Shown piece after piece: positions 52,333-64,000 of a stretch of DNA of 64,000 bases. This DNA is from Zootoca vivipara (Eukaryota). The notes under the pieces are model-generated. The model searched no databases. It was not told where the DNA came from and saw only the letters and a list, made by a program, of their open reading frames with translations. The stretch covers positions 21,080,001 to 21,144,000 of the forward strand of contig NC_083282.1 in the NCBI RefSeq assembly GCF_963506605.1, written 5' to 3'. How positions within the stretch are numbered: position 1 is the first letter of the stretch; every line of letters starts with the position of its first letter. The translations under genes were made by a program, and so were the position numbers.

Positions 52333-53784
52333 CCGTGTTTCCCCTTTTTTAAGACACCGTCTTATAACTTTTTTTCCTCAAAAAAACACACGGTGTCTTA
52401 TTTTCAGGGGATGTCTTATTTTTATTATATTTTTATGGTACCTATGGTTCCGGGCAGTGGGGCGGCAGGCCTCCTTGGCTGGGCCAGGAAGAGGTGATGC
52501 CTTTGTCTTGGTTTTTTAAATCTTTCTCCCATCCCCCCCCCCCCGCCAACTGCTCCAAAGTTCCTGCTGCTTTATTGGGGGGGGGGTGTTTTGCGAAATA
52601 AATGCATAAAGATGAGCAGGGCTGAGGGATCCCGCCCGGCCTTAGACAGGCCACCCGCGCGCCTTCCACCCACCGCGTGAGGCCGGCCGAGGGGGAAGGC
52701 CTCCGGGGAATGCGGGGCCCGGGCAAGGCAGCACCGAGAGCCCCCACGGCCGCCAGGAGACGTGACGCGCGCGCAGCCATCACCCTCGTCGCTGCGTCCA
52801 TTTCATGCCTCTTGCTCAAAGCTAGGCGCGGCGTTCACTGTGCTTGGAAGGAGCCGCGTGCCCATGGCTCGTGCAGCAAGGGCCCTCCCGACTCCTTCCC
52901 AGGTGCCCCTTTCCCCTCCTCCTTGCCGGTTCCGGGTGGTGGGGTGGCAGGCAGGAAGAGGCCAGGCCGCTGGCTCGGCGCTCCGCCCAGTGCTGCTGGG
53001 CGCTCTGAGGGCTCAGCGCTGCGGACCGCTCTGCTCTGCAGCCGCCGGTTCCGGGCGCTGGGGCGGCAGGCCTCCTCGCCGTGCGGTCCGGCGGCGCAGA
53101 AGGGGCCAGCAGCGCTCCCGCTCCCGCCTGTCGCCCCGGTGGCGCAGAAGGGGCCGGCGGCGCTCCTGCCGCCTGTCACCCTGGTGGCGCGGAAGGGCCG
53201 CGGGCCTCCCGCCTCCCGCCCTGCTTTCTCCCTCCTTGGCTCCTCCTTCCCTTTCAGGCGCACCGACCCAGACACTAGAAATCCACTCACACAAGCCGCC
53301 CGCAAAAATGAGCTGAGCCAGGCGGAGAGCGGAGCAGCGCCTTGCCTCGGACTGCACCCGCCTCCGCCTCCTGGCGCCGTTAACGCCGCCACTGCCACGG
53401 TTGCCGCTGCCATTTTCCTGACGGGAAGGGGTCTGTGGGAACCAGGGCAAACCAACACGCAAGTGTCGAGCTCTTTTGCCCGGCTCTGCCCTTTACTTCC
53501 CGCTGCTGTGGCTTGGGGCGCTCCGTGCTGTGTTGCTGGGCGCTTTGTCGGTCCCGCTGCTGGGGCGCTCGGCGGTCTCATTCTAAGCGGCGCTGCTGCA
53601 GCAGCAGCAGTAGCCAGTTCCGGGCACCAACCCAGCAGCCCTCCTTTTCCTGCCACGGCCGGCATGCTGGGTTCCGCTGTCTCGGGGTATGGCTTATTTT
53701 CGGGGTATGGCTTAATTCCGCAAAAGTGTAAAAATCCTGCTACGTCTTATAAAATGACTACGTCTTAAAATAGGGGAAACACGG
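52333..53784 (-). mobile_element. TcMar-Tc2-like non-autonomous element (1.45 kb) with CpG-island-like interior
   Basis: TIRs CCGTGTTTCCCCT.TTTTAAGAC, TA TSD (52331-52332, 53785-53786). Arms are homologous to 18806-19655 in the opposite orientation. No transposase motifs. Confidence 0.88.
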
Positions 53785-53907
53785 TACATACATAAAGGGG
53801 GGGGGGCACATCCATTGCTAAAGCTACAATGGGCGGTGCTAACAGCAACCAGTGTTACTTTTTCTCCCGGAGTGTTAATGCTCCAACTGTGAACGTTTTA
53901 GCAGAAG

Positions 53908-54296
53908 TAAGGTAAAGGTAAAGGGACCCCTGACAGTTAAGTCCAGTCGCAAACTACTCTGGGATTGTGGCGTTGCATCTTGCTTTACAGGCCGAGGGAG
54001 CTGGCGTTTGTCTGCTCTGCAGACAGTTTCCAGGTCATGTGGCCAGCATGACTAAGTTTCTTCTAGCGCAATGGAACACTGATACCAGAGCAGTGCACGA
54101 AAATGCCGTTTACCTTCCCGCCGGAGCGGTACCTATTAATGTACTTGCACTTTTGGGCGTGCTTTCGAACTGTTAGGTTGGCAGGAGCTGGGACCGAGCA
54201 ACGGGAGCTCACCCTGTTGCGGGGATTCAAATCACCGACCTTTTGATTGGTAAGCCCAAGGCTCAGTGGTTTAGACCACAGCACCACCTGCGTCCC
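53908..54296 (-). mobile_element. Sauria SINE, full length
   Basis: Reverse-complement homolog of 46253-46599 with (ACCTTT)n tail. Confidence 0.88.
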
Positions 54297-54927
54297 TTAG
54301 GACCTTTATTAGGTAGCTAATAAATGGAATTCCTCATTACATAAATACAGGTATTGAATACAGGCCAAAGAACATTGGTCTGGCACCAGCAAGACTACAC
54401 TCGGAATGCTACGTTTATCCATTCATGTCATCACCATTGTCAGGAGAACCAAGGAACACGGGCATAGGTAGTAGAGAGGAACCAGAGAGATACAGGAATT
54501 CATGGAATTTAAGGACTTTAAAATGGGGGCATTGCTGATCCCAACGCCCACTTGCAATTCAGACAAATAGGCTGCAAGGGTCACTTTAACTCTGAGGTCA
54601 GAATTCACATTACACATATGGAAAGAAGGATCCAGAGTGTCTCCTCAGAGGATTTTAGCCTCTGAGAACTCTTAGAAAATAAGCTTCAGAGGGTGGCTAC
54701 TAGAGGGAGAGCCATGTCTGTGGTTGCTCCTTCAATGCTTTTTTTTCAGCACAAGGTGAATAACATTTCATTTCCCCAGACCTTTCCATCGTAAAAAAAA
54801 ACCTTTCAGTGTTTTTCAAATGCTTTGTACTGATGTCATTCTCTGTTGGGATTTTTTTTAATTCCGTGGCTGGTTTAATTCTGTTTTAGATGTCATGTTT
54901 ACAAGTTAATTTTTTGTATCTTATGGC

Positions 54928-54959
<32 letters not shown>

Positions 54960-56789
54960 TCTAAACCACCTAGGGAAGCTTTGCTACTGGGTGGTATAGA
55001 AATACTGCAAGTCAGTAGCCAGACTGTTCCTTCTTGGTTATGCACGTGGCAATGCAGTCCTTTGAAGCCAAGGTCCCCCTGCGCATCACCTCATGGAGTC
55101 CCACACGTACTTTGGCTCAGTGATGACTGGTCCCCATTGGGACTGACAGGGTGGAAGGGAGAGAACCAATGACAGGCAAGAGTCATCCCCCCCCCCATCT
55201 CCCTCCCTGCTGAATTCTGCAAATCTCCTCCTCCAACTAAAGAGAAGGAAGCTGACAGACAGGGCCACCTCCTAAACTGGATGCAAGTTAAGAGGGCAGG
55301 GAGTTAGGGACTGGCTGAGAGGGTCCCCACCCTATTATCTACAGCTGCTCTGCATCCTGCCCTCCATGTGTATTGCAGGTAGGGAGGCAGATTGCAGGAC
55401 TGTGACTAATGTGTGCACTTACAGCCATGCCTAGGCAGTTTAAACTCAACTCTCTCTCTCCCCGCCGCCACCTCCAATTTCTCTAGCCAAAAAAAGAGGC
55501 CTGACAGCTTGGATATTTCCAAAGCAGATATCCAAAGGAATGCAACCTCCGTTATTGATGAAACAAAGAACATTCAGACCTCTCTCTCATGCTATCAGAT
55601 ATTATTGCTTAGGTAATTATCAGCCACACTGTGTTCTTTCTAAATACTGGAGATCGTATCGCAGCTTCCTCTCCTCTCCCCCACCGGCACTCAGGATGGC
55701 ACTGAATAGAACCAGTTGAAACTGCATGTTCAACGCTATTAGAAGGTAATGGTCTGAAACGATACACAGAACTGCTGAACGCCGCATTTATTTCTGATGT
55801 CCTTGGTGCTGGAGGTGCGTTAACTGGTTTCAGGAGAGCTTCCCCGTTAACAGTAACAAAAGCAACCCTGGCTGCAGGCCTCCTTCCTAAAATACTAAAG
55901 CTGCACAAAATAATAATAATAATAGGGAATGGTGGTCCCAATCCAGAGCAAGTTAGTCCAAGTCCCATTTAAATCAGCGGGACAACTAAAGTTGTGTTGA
56001 ACTTTTAAGTTCCCTTGAAATGGATGGGATTTAAGCATGACCGCCTGAATTGGGGTTTCATTTTTCTGCCTCTAATGCAGGAGCTTTGCCTTGTAGGTAT
56101 GGATGACTTCTGTTTATATTTTCCTACATTGGCCATTATATTTTCCAATTAAGTTTCTGACTTGGTTGCTTTGCAGCACTGGATTGTATATCTAGGCCAG
56201 GGGTTGCTAACCTGTGGCCTTCCAGATGTTGTTGAACGGCACTTTCCACCAACCCCAACCATGGCCAGTGGTCAGAACTATAGTTCAGAAACATCTGGAG
56301 GGTCATATCTTAGCCAGCCCTGATATTGACTGAAATTAATATGGGCTGTATAAAGAATTCAAATTGTTGCTTTTTGGTTGTTGTTCAGAACAATTGTTAT
56401 GATCCTGCCAACTTTAGATATGTTTAAGTTTAATTGATTTCAGCAGGCGAATTGAACATGTTCTTAACTCTCTCATACTGAAACCAATGGGATTAAAAGT
56501 GCACTCAGCTTAAGCTCTGTCATGCTCAATATTAACAAAATGAACATTACACAGATGCATCCACTGCAGCTTATAGGAATGTCTCATGTTAGCAATTTGC
56601 AATTCTTATTATTGGCACAAATATATTTCTAGTCGACTTGAAGGCATTTCTCCCCCTTGAAATTATAGTGAAGGGCAAGAGACCAAACTTTTCACACTGG
56701 GTGTTCTGCTCTGGCCTCGCAAAGGAGCCCATGGGGTGACGTGGCAAGGGAAGGTCAGTTCTTGCAGGACCAAGGAGAGCTCCTAGTCA

Positions 56790-57180
56790 TTAAGAGATCT
56801 GGGGCAAACGGATGGATGGCCAGCTCTATTTCTCCGTAATATCCAAATTAGAGAGGCTATGCAAGCCCTGGAGCAGTGCCTGAACTTGCTGGTGGGCTGG
56901 ATGAGGACCAACAAACTGACTCTGAATACTGGTAAGCCGGAGGTATTCTGGGTGAGTGGTTCCCAAGTCTGGATAATTGATCAATTGCCTGTTTTGGACG
57001 GGGTTGCACTCTCCCTGAAAAAGCAGGTTCCTAGTCTGGGGGGGTGCTCCAGCTTTGGCTGATATGCGAGCTGCAGCTGTTTCTTAACCGAGGCAGCCCG
57101 ACTGCTGTTGCCCATGCACTGTAACCAGATTGGATTGCTGCATTGTGCTCTATGTGGGGCTGCCCGTGAGAATGGCAGGT
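56790..57180 (+). mobile_element. Degraded L2 ORF2 fragment
   Basis: CL..L.GWMRTNKLTLN..K.EV...LDGVALSLKKQV.SLG. Confidence 0.75.
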
Positions 57181-57295
57181 ATGGTCTTCTCAGGAGGTCT
57201 AATCCATGCAATGTCAGAATCAGGTCTTTAGTGTGGCAACACCCATCTTTACATATTGGACAAAGTGTCGTCACTATTGTCTTTCTGGCAGGCCT

Positions 57296-57368
57296 GTCTG
57301 GGATAGCTCAGTCAGTACAGCATGAGGCTCTTAATTACAGGGTCATGGGTCTGAGTCCCAAGTTGGCC
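57296..57368 (+). pseudogene. Degenerate tRNA-Lys(CTT) copy or SINE head
   Basis: tagctcagtcagtacagcatgaggctcttaattacagggtcatgggtctgagtccc aligns to tRNA-Lys-CTT but the T-loop and stems are disrupted. Confidence 0.7.
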
Positions 57369-57616
57369 TTCTTGCCTGCCGAGGACACCATATCCAGCTG
57401 TACCCATCATTAGGCAGGTCTTCAAGGAACAGAGGTTGAGAACATAAGATGAGCAAGACATCTAGCCCAGCATTCTGTTCCCACAGTGGCCAGCTCTATG
57501 AGGGAAAGAACATTCCATTGTGCAAGCAGAAATCCTTTTGCAACATTCACCTAGCACTACTTTAGATACAACCCCAATATGTTTGTTCTCCAATTTTTTA
57601 AAAAAGCACATGAGAC

Positions 57617-57617
<1 letters not shown>

Positions 57618-57662
<45 letters not shown>
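57618..57662. repeat. (CA)n microsatellite
   Basis: Direct observation. Others at about 62505-62538 (CA), 37514-37543 (GAT) and 20366-20384 (AC). Confidence 0.95.
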
Positions 57663-57663
<1 letters not shown>

Positions 57664-58540
57664 CAGTATTTTGTCAGACAAGTTATGGATGGAAAACCCC
57701 CACAAAGCAATTTAGCCAATTCTCTCTGACAGGAGAAAACTATTTTTAATAATAATAATAATAATAATAATAATTTTTTCTATGTGCTCTGTAAACTCCA
57801 GAGATCAGGACAGAAGAAACCAATAATATACTGGAACATAATCTAGGTTTGCACTCTCTCCTCTAATAAAAAGTGGGGGGAAAGCCCTAATGCAAATAAT
57901 GCTACAAAGGAACAATACCTTATTATCCATTCTAGCATGCTACAGAAGCGCTATGAACTTAAGACATTTTGAGAGCTGCGGAGAGAATGGAAAGTCTTAG
58001 CTAAGTGAAATAAAGATCGCCTTTCATCACTGTGTGAGCGTTTCTATAACAATTGTATCTGTTTGCTATGGTGGAACTTAGCAAGACTGTGACTCCGGCA
58101 CCTTACATTGCTTGCTCATGTCCATAATGCTATATGTATGCACTGACGGTACTCCCTACCCAATCCCACCTTAGGGTGCCTAACTTGGCACCTTTGGGAG
58201 ATACAGTAACCAAATGGTGTTGTAGTCGGCCTTAAGCTAGACAGCTGCCTCCAGCCTATCCAGCTGTAAAGAAGTATGAAATCCATTAGGGTTAAGGAAG
58301 CCAGATGGAATCCTTGCCTCGTCACTCTCTCACACAGAGCAGGAAGGAAAACATTGGAGTCCCTTAGGTCAGTCGGTAGAATCAAGAGGTAAAGCCTTTT
58401 TCCTGGGCTTCATCACTTCAGGCAATAGGATGCAGGGTTTGTGCATGTACAAGAATGCTGTCTTGGTGGAGAAAGCACTCTGTGCATATAGAAAAACACC
58501 CTGTCATAGAGAAGGTTTTATCTAAATAGACAGATTCTTG

Positions 58541-58684
58541 CAGTGCTATTTTTTTTATAGAAAAAGAGGTGCCAGAACTCACCATGAACGCCTCCCTTGT
58601 TCTCTTATAATGGCAATGGCGCCCACCTGAGAGGTGCCGGAATTGAGTTCTGGTGAGTTCTGGCTAAAAAAAAGAGAAGCCCTG
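58541..58684. mobile_element. hAT-like MITE
   Basis: CAGTGCTATTTTT...AAAAAGAGAAGCCCTG ends, repeated GAGGTGCC.GAA, TSD gattcttg/gaatattg. Confidence 0.7.
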
Positions 58685-58871
58685 GAATATTGCTTTTTTT
58701 CTTTGAATTTATAAACACTGGCGCAATCTACACCTGAGAATAATGCATTGCTCTGAAAAGGGATTGGAAGTTTGTCACTGGGGGATTACACAAAAGCAGT
58801 GATTGGATGGAGGAAATGAACAAAGCACTGCAGTAGCACATGCTCTCTCTTTTACACCCTAATGGCTAAAT

Positions 58872-59738
58872 GTGAGTGCCTGGAGGTGGTTGGAGGATGG
58901 ATGGCGGCTAACAGATTGAGGTTGAATCCTGACAAGACAGAAGTACTGTTCGTGGGGGACAGGAGGCGGGCAGGTGTGGAGGATTCCCTGGTTCTGAATG
59001 GGGTAACTGTGCCCATGAAGGACCAGGTGCGCAGCCTGGGAGTCATTTTGTACTCACAGCTGTCCATGGAGGCGCAGGTCAATTCTGTGTCCAGGGCAGC
59101 TGTCTATCAGCTCCATCTGGTACGCAGGCTGAGACCCTACCTGCCTGCAGACTGCCTAGCCAGAGTGGTGCATGCTCTAGTTATCTCCCACTTGGACTAC
59201 TGCAATGCGCTCTACGTGGGGCTACCTTTGAAGGTGACTAGGAAACTACAACTAATCCAGAATGCGGCAGCTAGACTGGTGACTGGGAGCGGCCGCCGAG
59301 ACCACATAACACCGGTCTTGAAAGATCTACATTGGCTCCCAGTACGTTTCCGAGCACAATTCAAAGTGTTGGTGCTGACCTTTAAAGCCCTAAATGGCCT
59401 TGGTCCAGTATACCTGAAGGAGCGTCTCCACCTCCATCATTCTGCCTGGACACTGAGGTCCAGCACCGAGGGCCTTCTGGCGGTTCCCTCGTTGCGAGAA
59501 GCCAAGTTGCAGGGAACTAGGCAGAGGGCCTTCTTGGTGGTGACGCCTGCCCTGTGGAACGCCCTCCCAACAGATGTCAAAAAGGAAAACAACTACCAGA
59601 CTTTTAGAAGACATCTGAAGACAGCCCTGTTCAGGGAGGCTTTTAAAGTTTAATAGATTACTGTGTTCTACTTTTCTGTTGGAAACCGCCCAGAGTGGCT
59701 GGGGAGACCCAGCCAGATGGGTGGGGTATAAATAATAA

Positions 59739-59789
<51 letters not shown>

Positions 59790-59790
59790 A
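58872..59790 (+). mobile_element. 5'-truncated young L2 LINE (RT C-terminal region, 3'UTR, (ATT)n tail)
   Basis: Uninterrupted frame to the stop at 59653: WMAANRLRLNPDKTE...LDYCNALYVGLP...QNAAARLV...HITPVLKDLHWLPV...FKALNGLGP, typical of L2 ORF2. The ORF-track ATG lies in flanking DNA. Confidence 0.92.
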
Positions 59791-61185
59791 ATGCAGTTAT
59801 ATTGGGAGAGCGCAGGTTGGTAAAAATATTCCTGTGGACTAGCAACTTGGGTAGACTTATTTGGCCAGTTGCTTTGCCGGCACAACATCAAACCGCTACG
59901 CACAAGCAAATGACAGAATGGTAGAGCGGCGAGGATGTCAGACTGATCCCCACTCAACCCTGAAACTCGCTGGATAACCTTGGGCCAGTTACTATCTCTG
60001 TGCCTAACCTACCTCACAGGGTTGTTTTGAAGGAAAAAACGCAAGAGGCATGTGTGCTACTTTGACTTCCTTGGAGGAAAAAACAAGCTTTAAATGTAAT
60101 AAACAAACCTCTGTGTGTGATCTACTCAGAATGCTGTCTTCCAGAGCCTGCTGTGCTGTGCTGTGTCTACAACCTTGTGCCATAGCCAATTGCCCTCTCT
60201 GCTTGTTACCACCAAAGCCCTACTTGCAGGCAAGGCTGCTTGACTGCCACTTTTTCCCACAAAGTAATGTTGAGGGCAGCGCTTGCTGTATTTGCTTAAT
60301 CTCGCATTCCTTGAGCTCCTCGGATTTCTTCTTGCCGTCGAGAGGAGTTTGGGAGGGCACAAGAATCTGCACAATCAGGTCTTGCTAGACGCAAGTGACT
60401 TTTCAAAAGCATTCCGAAATCCCACTGCTTCCCCATTAGCAGTGCAGTAGAAATAGAAGAACGACAGCAACAACAACCTGCCCACACCGATTAACGCCTA
60501 GTGTGTCCACAGATTCCAGCACAGCAACCGTGTCATTTGGGCCTCATTTGGTGCTTTTCTTGGTGTTTCCTATTTTTAACACCTTTGAAGTTGAGCTCCG
60601 TGGCAGATGCCTTTGACAGATGCTGTCAACTCGGAACCCCAACTTTTTTTTGTTCCACCCTCCTCTGAAGACTTTTTAAACCTTTGGGACCTGGTAGCCT
60701 GCCAAGGATCTTGTGCTCAGTAAACACAGTCTCACCCAAGCAGAGTTAAATATATGTTGTTGTTGAGGCGGCTTTCAAGCTCAAAGCTAGATACTCTGAC
60801 TGATAAATGTCTGTGTAATAATATATTAAGCCAAGGCGTACGATAAAGGGGTTGTGCGCTGTTGCTCTTAAAAAAAGATGCAATACCTCAAAGTGTTCAG
60901 GGAGAACCTTATCAAACAATACACAGCTTTCCCTTTCAATTGTTATCAGATGCTCTTTCCCAAGACACTTTAAAAGAGGCGGCAGTTAACATCTCTAACG
61001 TCGGTTTTACGACAGAAAGCCGTTGGTGGCGCCTCCCTTACGAATGGATTATTTTTTCTCCAGCTATTTACATTAACTGGTTTTCACCTTCAAAGCCTTG
61101 GGTGATCTGAGTCAGAGTTATCTGAAGGACAACTTACACCTGTATCCACCTGCCCACACGCAATGATTAAGAATGGAGGTCCTCT

Positions 61186-61800
61186 GATAGCAGCCAACTG
61201 GAAAGGGGACAAAATTCCATCCATTGGAGAATGGAGATCGAAGCTACTAGAATTTCTTGATATGGCTCAATTAACAGATAAGTTAAGGGGAAATTCGAAA
61301 CAAAAATTTCTGGAAAAATGGGGAAAATTTAGGAAATATTTACAAGAATATTATAACAATGACGAAATCTTTATGGCTGCCTTGAATTGATTGGTATAGA
61401 AAAATGATTCAGTTAATTGGGTATGATCAGTATAAGTGTGTACAAAAGAACTAACAGAATTCTGAAGAGAAAAGACGGTACATAGAACAACTAAATGAGT
61501 CGCACGGCAATAAGCGACCGGAAGTCAGGGGTATTAACATGATTTAATGACTTAAAGTTGAATATGTTATATTGTAGAAATTATGGTTTGGTGGGGGGAG
61601 TAAAAAAAAAAGGATGTATTATTTGTTTACCTTATGTTAGAAATTAGGAATCACAGTAAAGGTAGTAGGAAAAAGAGACAAGAAACCGTAAAATTGATTA
61701 TTATTTTTTATTGATATTGCTTTGTAGTTTTGTTTTAATTGTATGAAGTATTCTTTTGCATTATATCTGTAATTTACCTTCAATAAACTTAAAAAAAAAA
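61186..61800 (+). mobile_element. 5'-truncated L1 inserted into an old L2 fragment (about 61080-61975)
   Basis: 17-bp TSD aagaatggaggtcctct (61169-61185, 61801-61817), AATAAA plus poly(A), and L1 ORF2 end IAANWK...P...EW..KL.E...M..LT.K.R....F.EKWGKF. Confidence 0.92.
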
Positions 61801-62500
61801 AAGAATGGAGGTCCTCTTGGTTTGCATACCACTGCAGCCAGTGAAATACGTCACAGGGCCCTCTCTGTGGTAGCCCCACGACTCTGAAATTTGTTGCCAG
61901 CTGACCTCTGGAAAGCGACCATGCTCCAGACCTTCAGAAGCTTTTTGAATATGTATTTGTTTTGGGTGGCCGGTGCATCCTTTGGTGCTTTTCTATTGGT
62001 GCCCCTTCTAGCTGAACTGCAGTGATGGAAGTGGTAATGAACCTATTACCCTTGGGGTGTTGTTGAACGCCAGTTCCCGTCACTCAGTAGGACCGATGGT
62101 CAGGGACTACAACTGCGGGTTCCCCACCACTAAACGAGATGATTTGACTCCGCATAAGGCAGCTGCATGTGTTCAGATGAGCGCTCAAAAGCATCTCGTA
62201 TACATTATTTCAGCAATCCTAACCAAAACAGTCTTGCCAGCCCTATACCACAGGCATTAAGACAGGAGTGGGAGGAGAGAAAGAGCCGATTGCTTACAGC
62301 CACCTATAGAAAATCACGGAAGAGGAGAGATTTGAACCGGGGACACCCATAGCCACAATGCACACCACTTCACAAGCCAGTCTACAAGTTGCTCTAAATC
62401 AAAGCACCTGAGTGATGCTGCTGTGGCTGAGCACAGAGTGTATTCAGTTTCACTATGCATTGGCAAAACTCCATTCTGTTGCAACAAGAGTCCCTTTTTT

Positions 62501-62541
<41 letters not shown>

Positions 62542-64000
62542 GAGATTTTAGTGCAAAGTCCATGAGGCACTCTGGCACCAGCTGTGTATTTTTTGGCACT
62601 GCTATTTCAAGCAAAAAAGCTATACAGAAGTTAAACCATCACTAAGTTACCCGCCCATACCCTTTCTCCTTTGACTTTTTCCACATCATCTCCTCCAGCA
62701 ATGTAATGGTCTGTTTGATTTTCCAGACAATTTCCCTTAGGATGGAAACTCAATACAATTGATGCTAATTAAACGGAGCCATCGCTGTAACAAGGCAATG
62801 TCCTAATGTACTTGTCGTATAAAGACGGTCTGTTTCATTTGAATTAAGGCATTTTGCTTCCTCTTTAATGAAAAGCAAAAATCAATGTATGGGGAAGAAA
62901 CGGGGAACAGGGATGGGCTCACAAAGGTCTCTCCTTTGTTTTCTTTCATACTCTGGTCAGCAACTAGCTTTACGGAAGAATCACTTTGAAGTCTGGAAAG
63001 TGTTCCACCCCCTCTGACTTTGCAACGGACCGTCAACAAGCCCCACTCTGTTCCCACATTGCTCTTCTGGGTGTGTGGGGGGGGGGGGAGGGCGCCAGAT
63101 AGAAAGAAAAGTTAGAAAGAAAAGTTAGACAGAAAGAAAAGTTACCTTGAACAGTTACCTTTTTAGAACGTTGTTATTACAACGTGGCACAAGCTTCTCC
63201 TAGCAGACTATCTAACCTCATCTGAGGTCCAATTTAGCACTGCCTATGAGAAAGCTTTGCCATTTTACAAAAAAAAGCTTCTTAAAAATTATGGCAAAAT
63301 TCCAACACCAAGGAAGCAGACGTCTGCTTGTGTGACAGGAGTTTCCCTTCATCTTCTTTCCCCTACAGGTTTTGTGGTCCTCCAAATCTGCTCTGCCTGG
63401 TCGCCCAGCTGCCCAGAGCAGATTTATGGGGTACCTTGAAGAGAGATAATCCATTCTAAATAGGGTGCCTGCTCTGCTGGCAGGCAGGCATTGTTGGATT
63501 TCACTTTTAGTCTCAAGGTACCATCAGACACACTTCTTTCTCTTTATTACAGATGAATAGAAGACAATCAGAGTTTTCATACTGTATAAACAGGAATGTT
63601 GAGTCTACTTGTTGTTCAGTAGCACCCCATGATCCCACCAAGCGAGGCACAAAGGACACCTATTTAGTATGGAAGAACAGGGTGCCTCTGAGCACATGAG
63701 CCGAAGGAATTTGTTTTTAGTAGAAAAACTGAGGCGAGTTCACAGTCCTTTCAAAAACTTCACTCCTGGTTAGCCTTCTTATTGTAGCAAACTAATAAAA
63801 AAGTCACGTTGTTGTTGCTATTGTTAAACAAGTTTCAACTGGAAATCCTTGTTATCTGGCCGCAAATCACTGCAATATCTTCCATTAGATCCTGATCTAA
63901 CTTCTGCCACCTTTGATATAAATCAGCTAGACAGACTGATAATACCCTGTTTCATGAGTACCCCCACTGCCACTTTGAAACTAGCCTGAAAATGTGACAT

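Noticed and set aside
52677-53768. 363-aa ORF (and the overlapping 276-aa and 184-aa ORFs) as a novel gene or transposase
   Set aside because: Ala/Pro/Gly/Arg low-complexity translations open in several frames on both strands, as expected from extreme GC content. No DDE or HTH motifs, and it lies within a TIR element.
57296-57368. Functional tRNA-Lys gene (likewise tRNA-Asn at about 2960-3032)
   Set aside because: Stems and T-loop are disrupted, and the Asn copy is fused to a CR1-like tail, so it is a SINE head.
58862-59653. 263-aa ORF as a host gene
   Set aside because: It is the C-terminal part of L2 ORF2, 5'-truncated and lacking the RT catalytic core.

Overview
Vertebrate genomic DNA, almost certainly a squamate and probably a lacertid lizard (Sauria SINEs, a BovB tail, L2/CR1/L1 fragments, many hAT and TcMar MITEs). 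Only two protein-coding exons can be supported, both on the minus strand: CNN3 exon 1 (17539-17595, in a CpG island, with intron 1 running off the left edge) and the last coding exon of ALG14 (41606-41836, with the preceding intron apparently running off the right edge). This matches the ALG14-CNN3 order known from human. The rest is intron or intergenic DNA rich in transposable elements. The most unusual signal is a set of non-autonomous DNA transposons whose copies share termini but carry different CpG-rich interiors: two Tc2-like elements (18806-19655, 52333-53784) and three hAT elements (5347-5720, 7421-7626, 31955-32969). One interior contains a first-exon-like cassette (ATG plus a GTGAGT donor) that is in frame with the last ALG14 exon. 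There is also a 1.2-kb L1-derived non-autonomous retroposon with an intact 5' end, poly(A) tail and 18-bp TSD. Repeat family names are from recognition by eye, not database searches.
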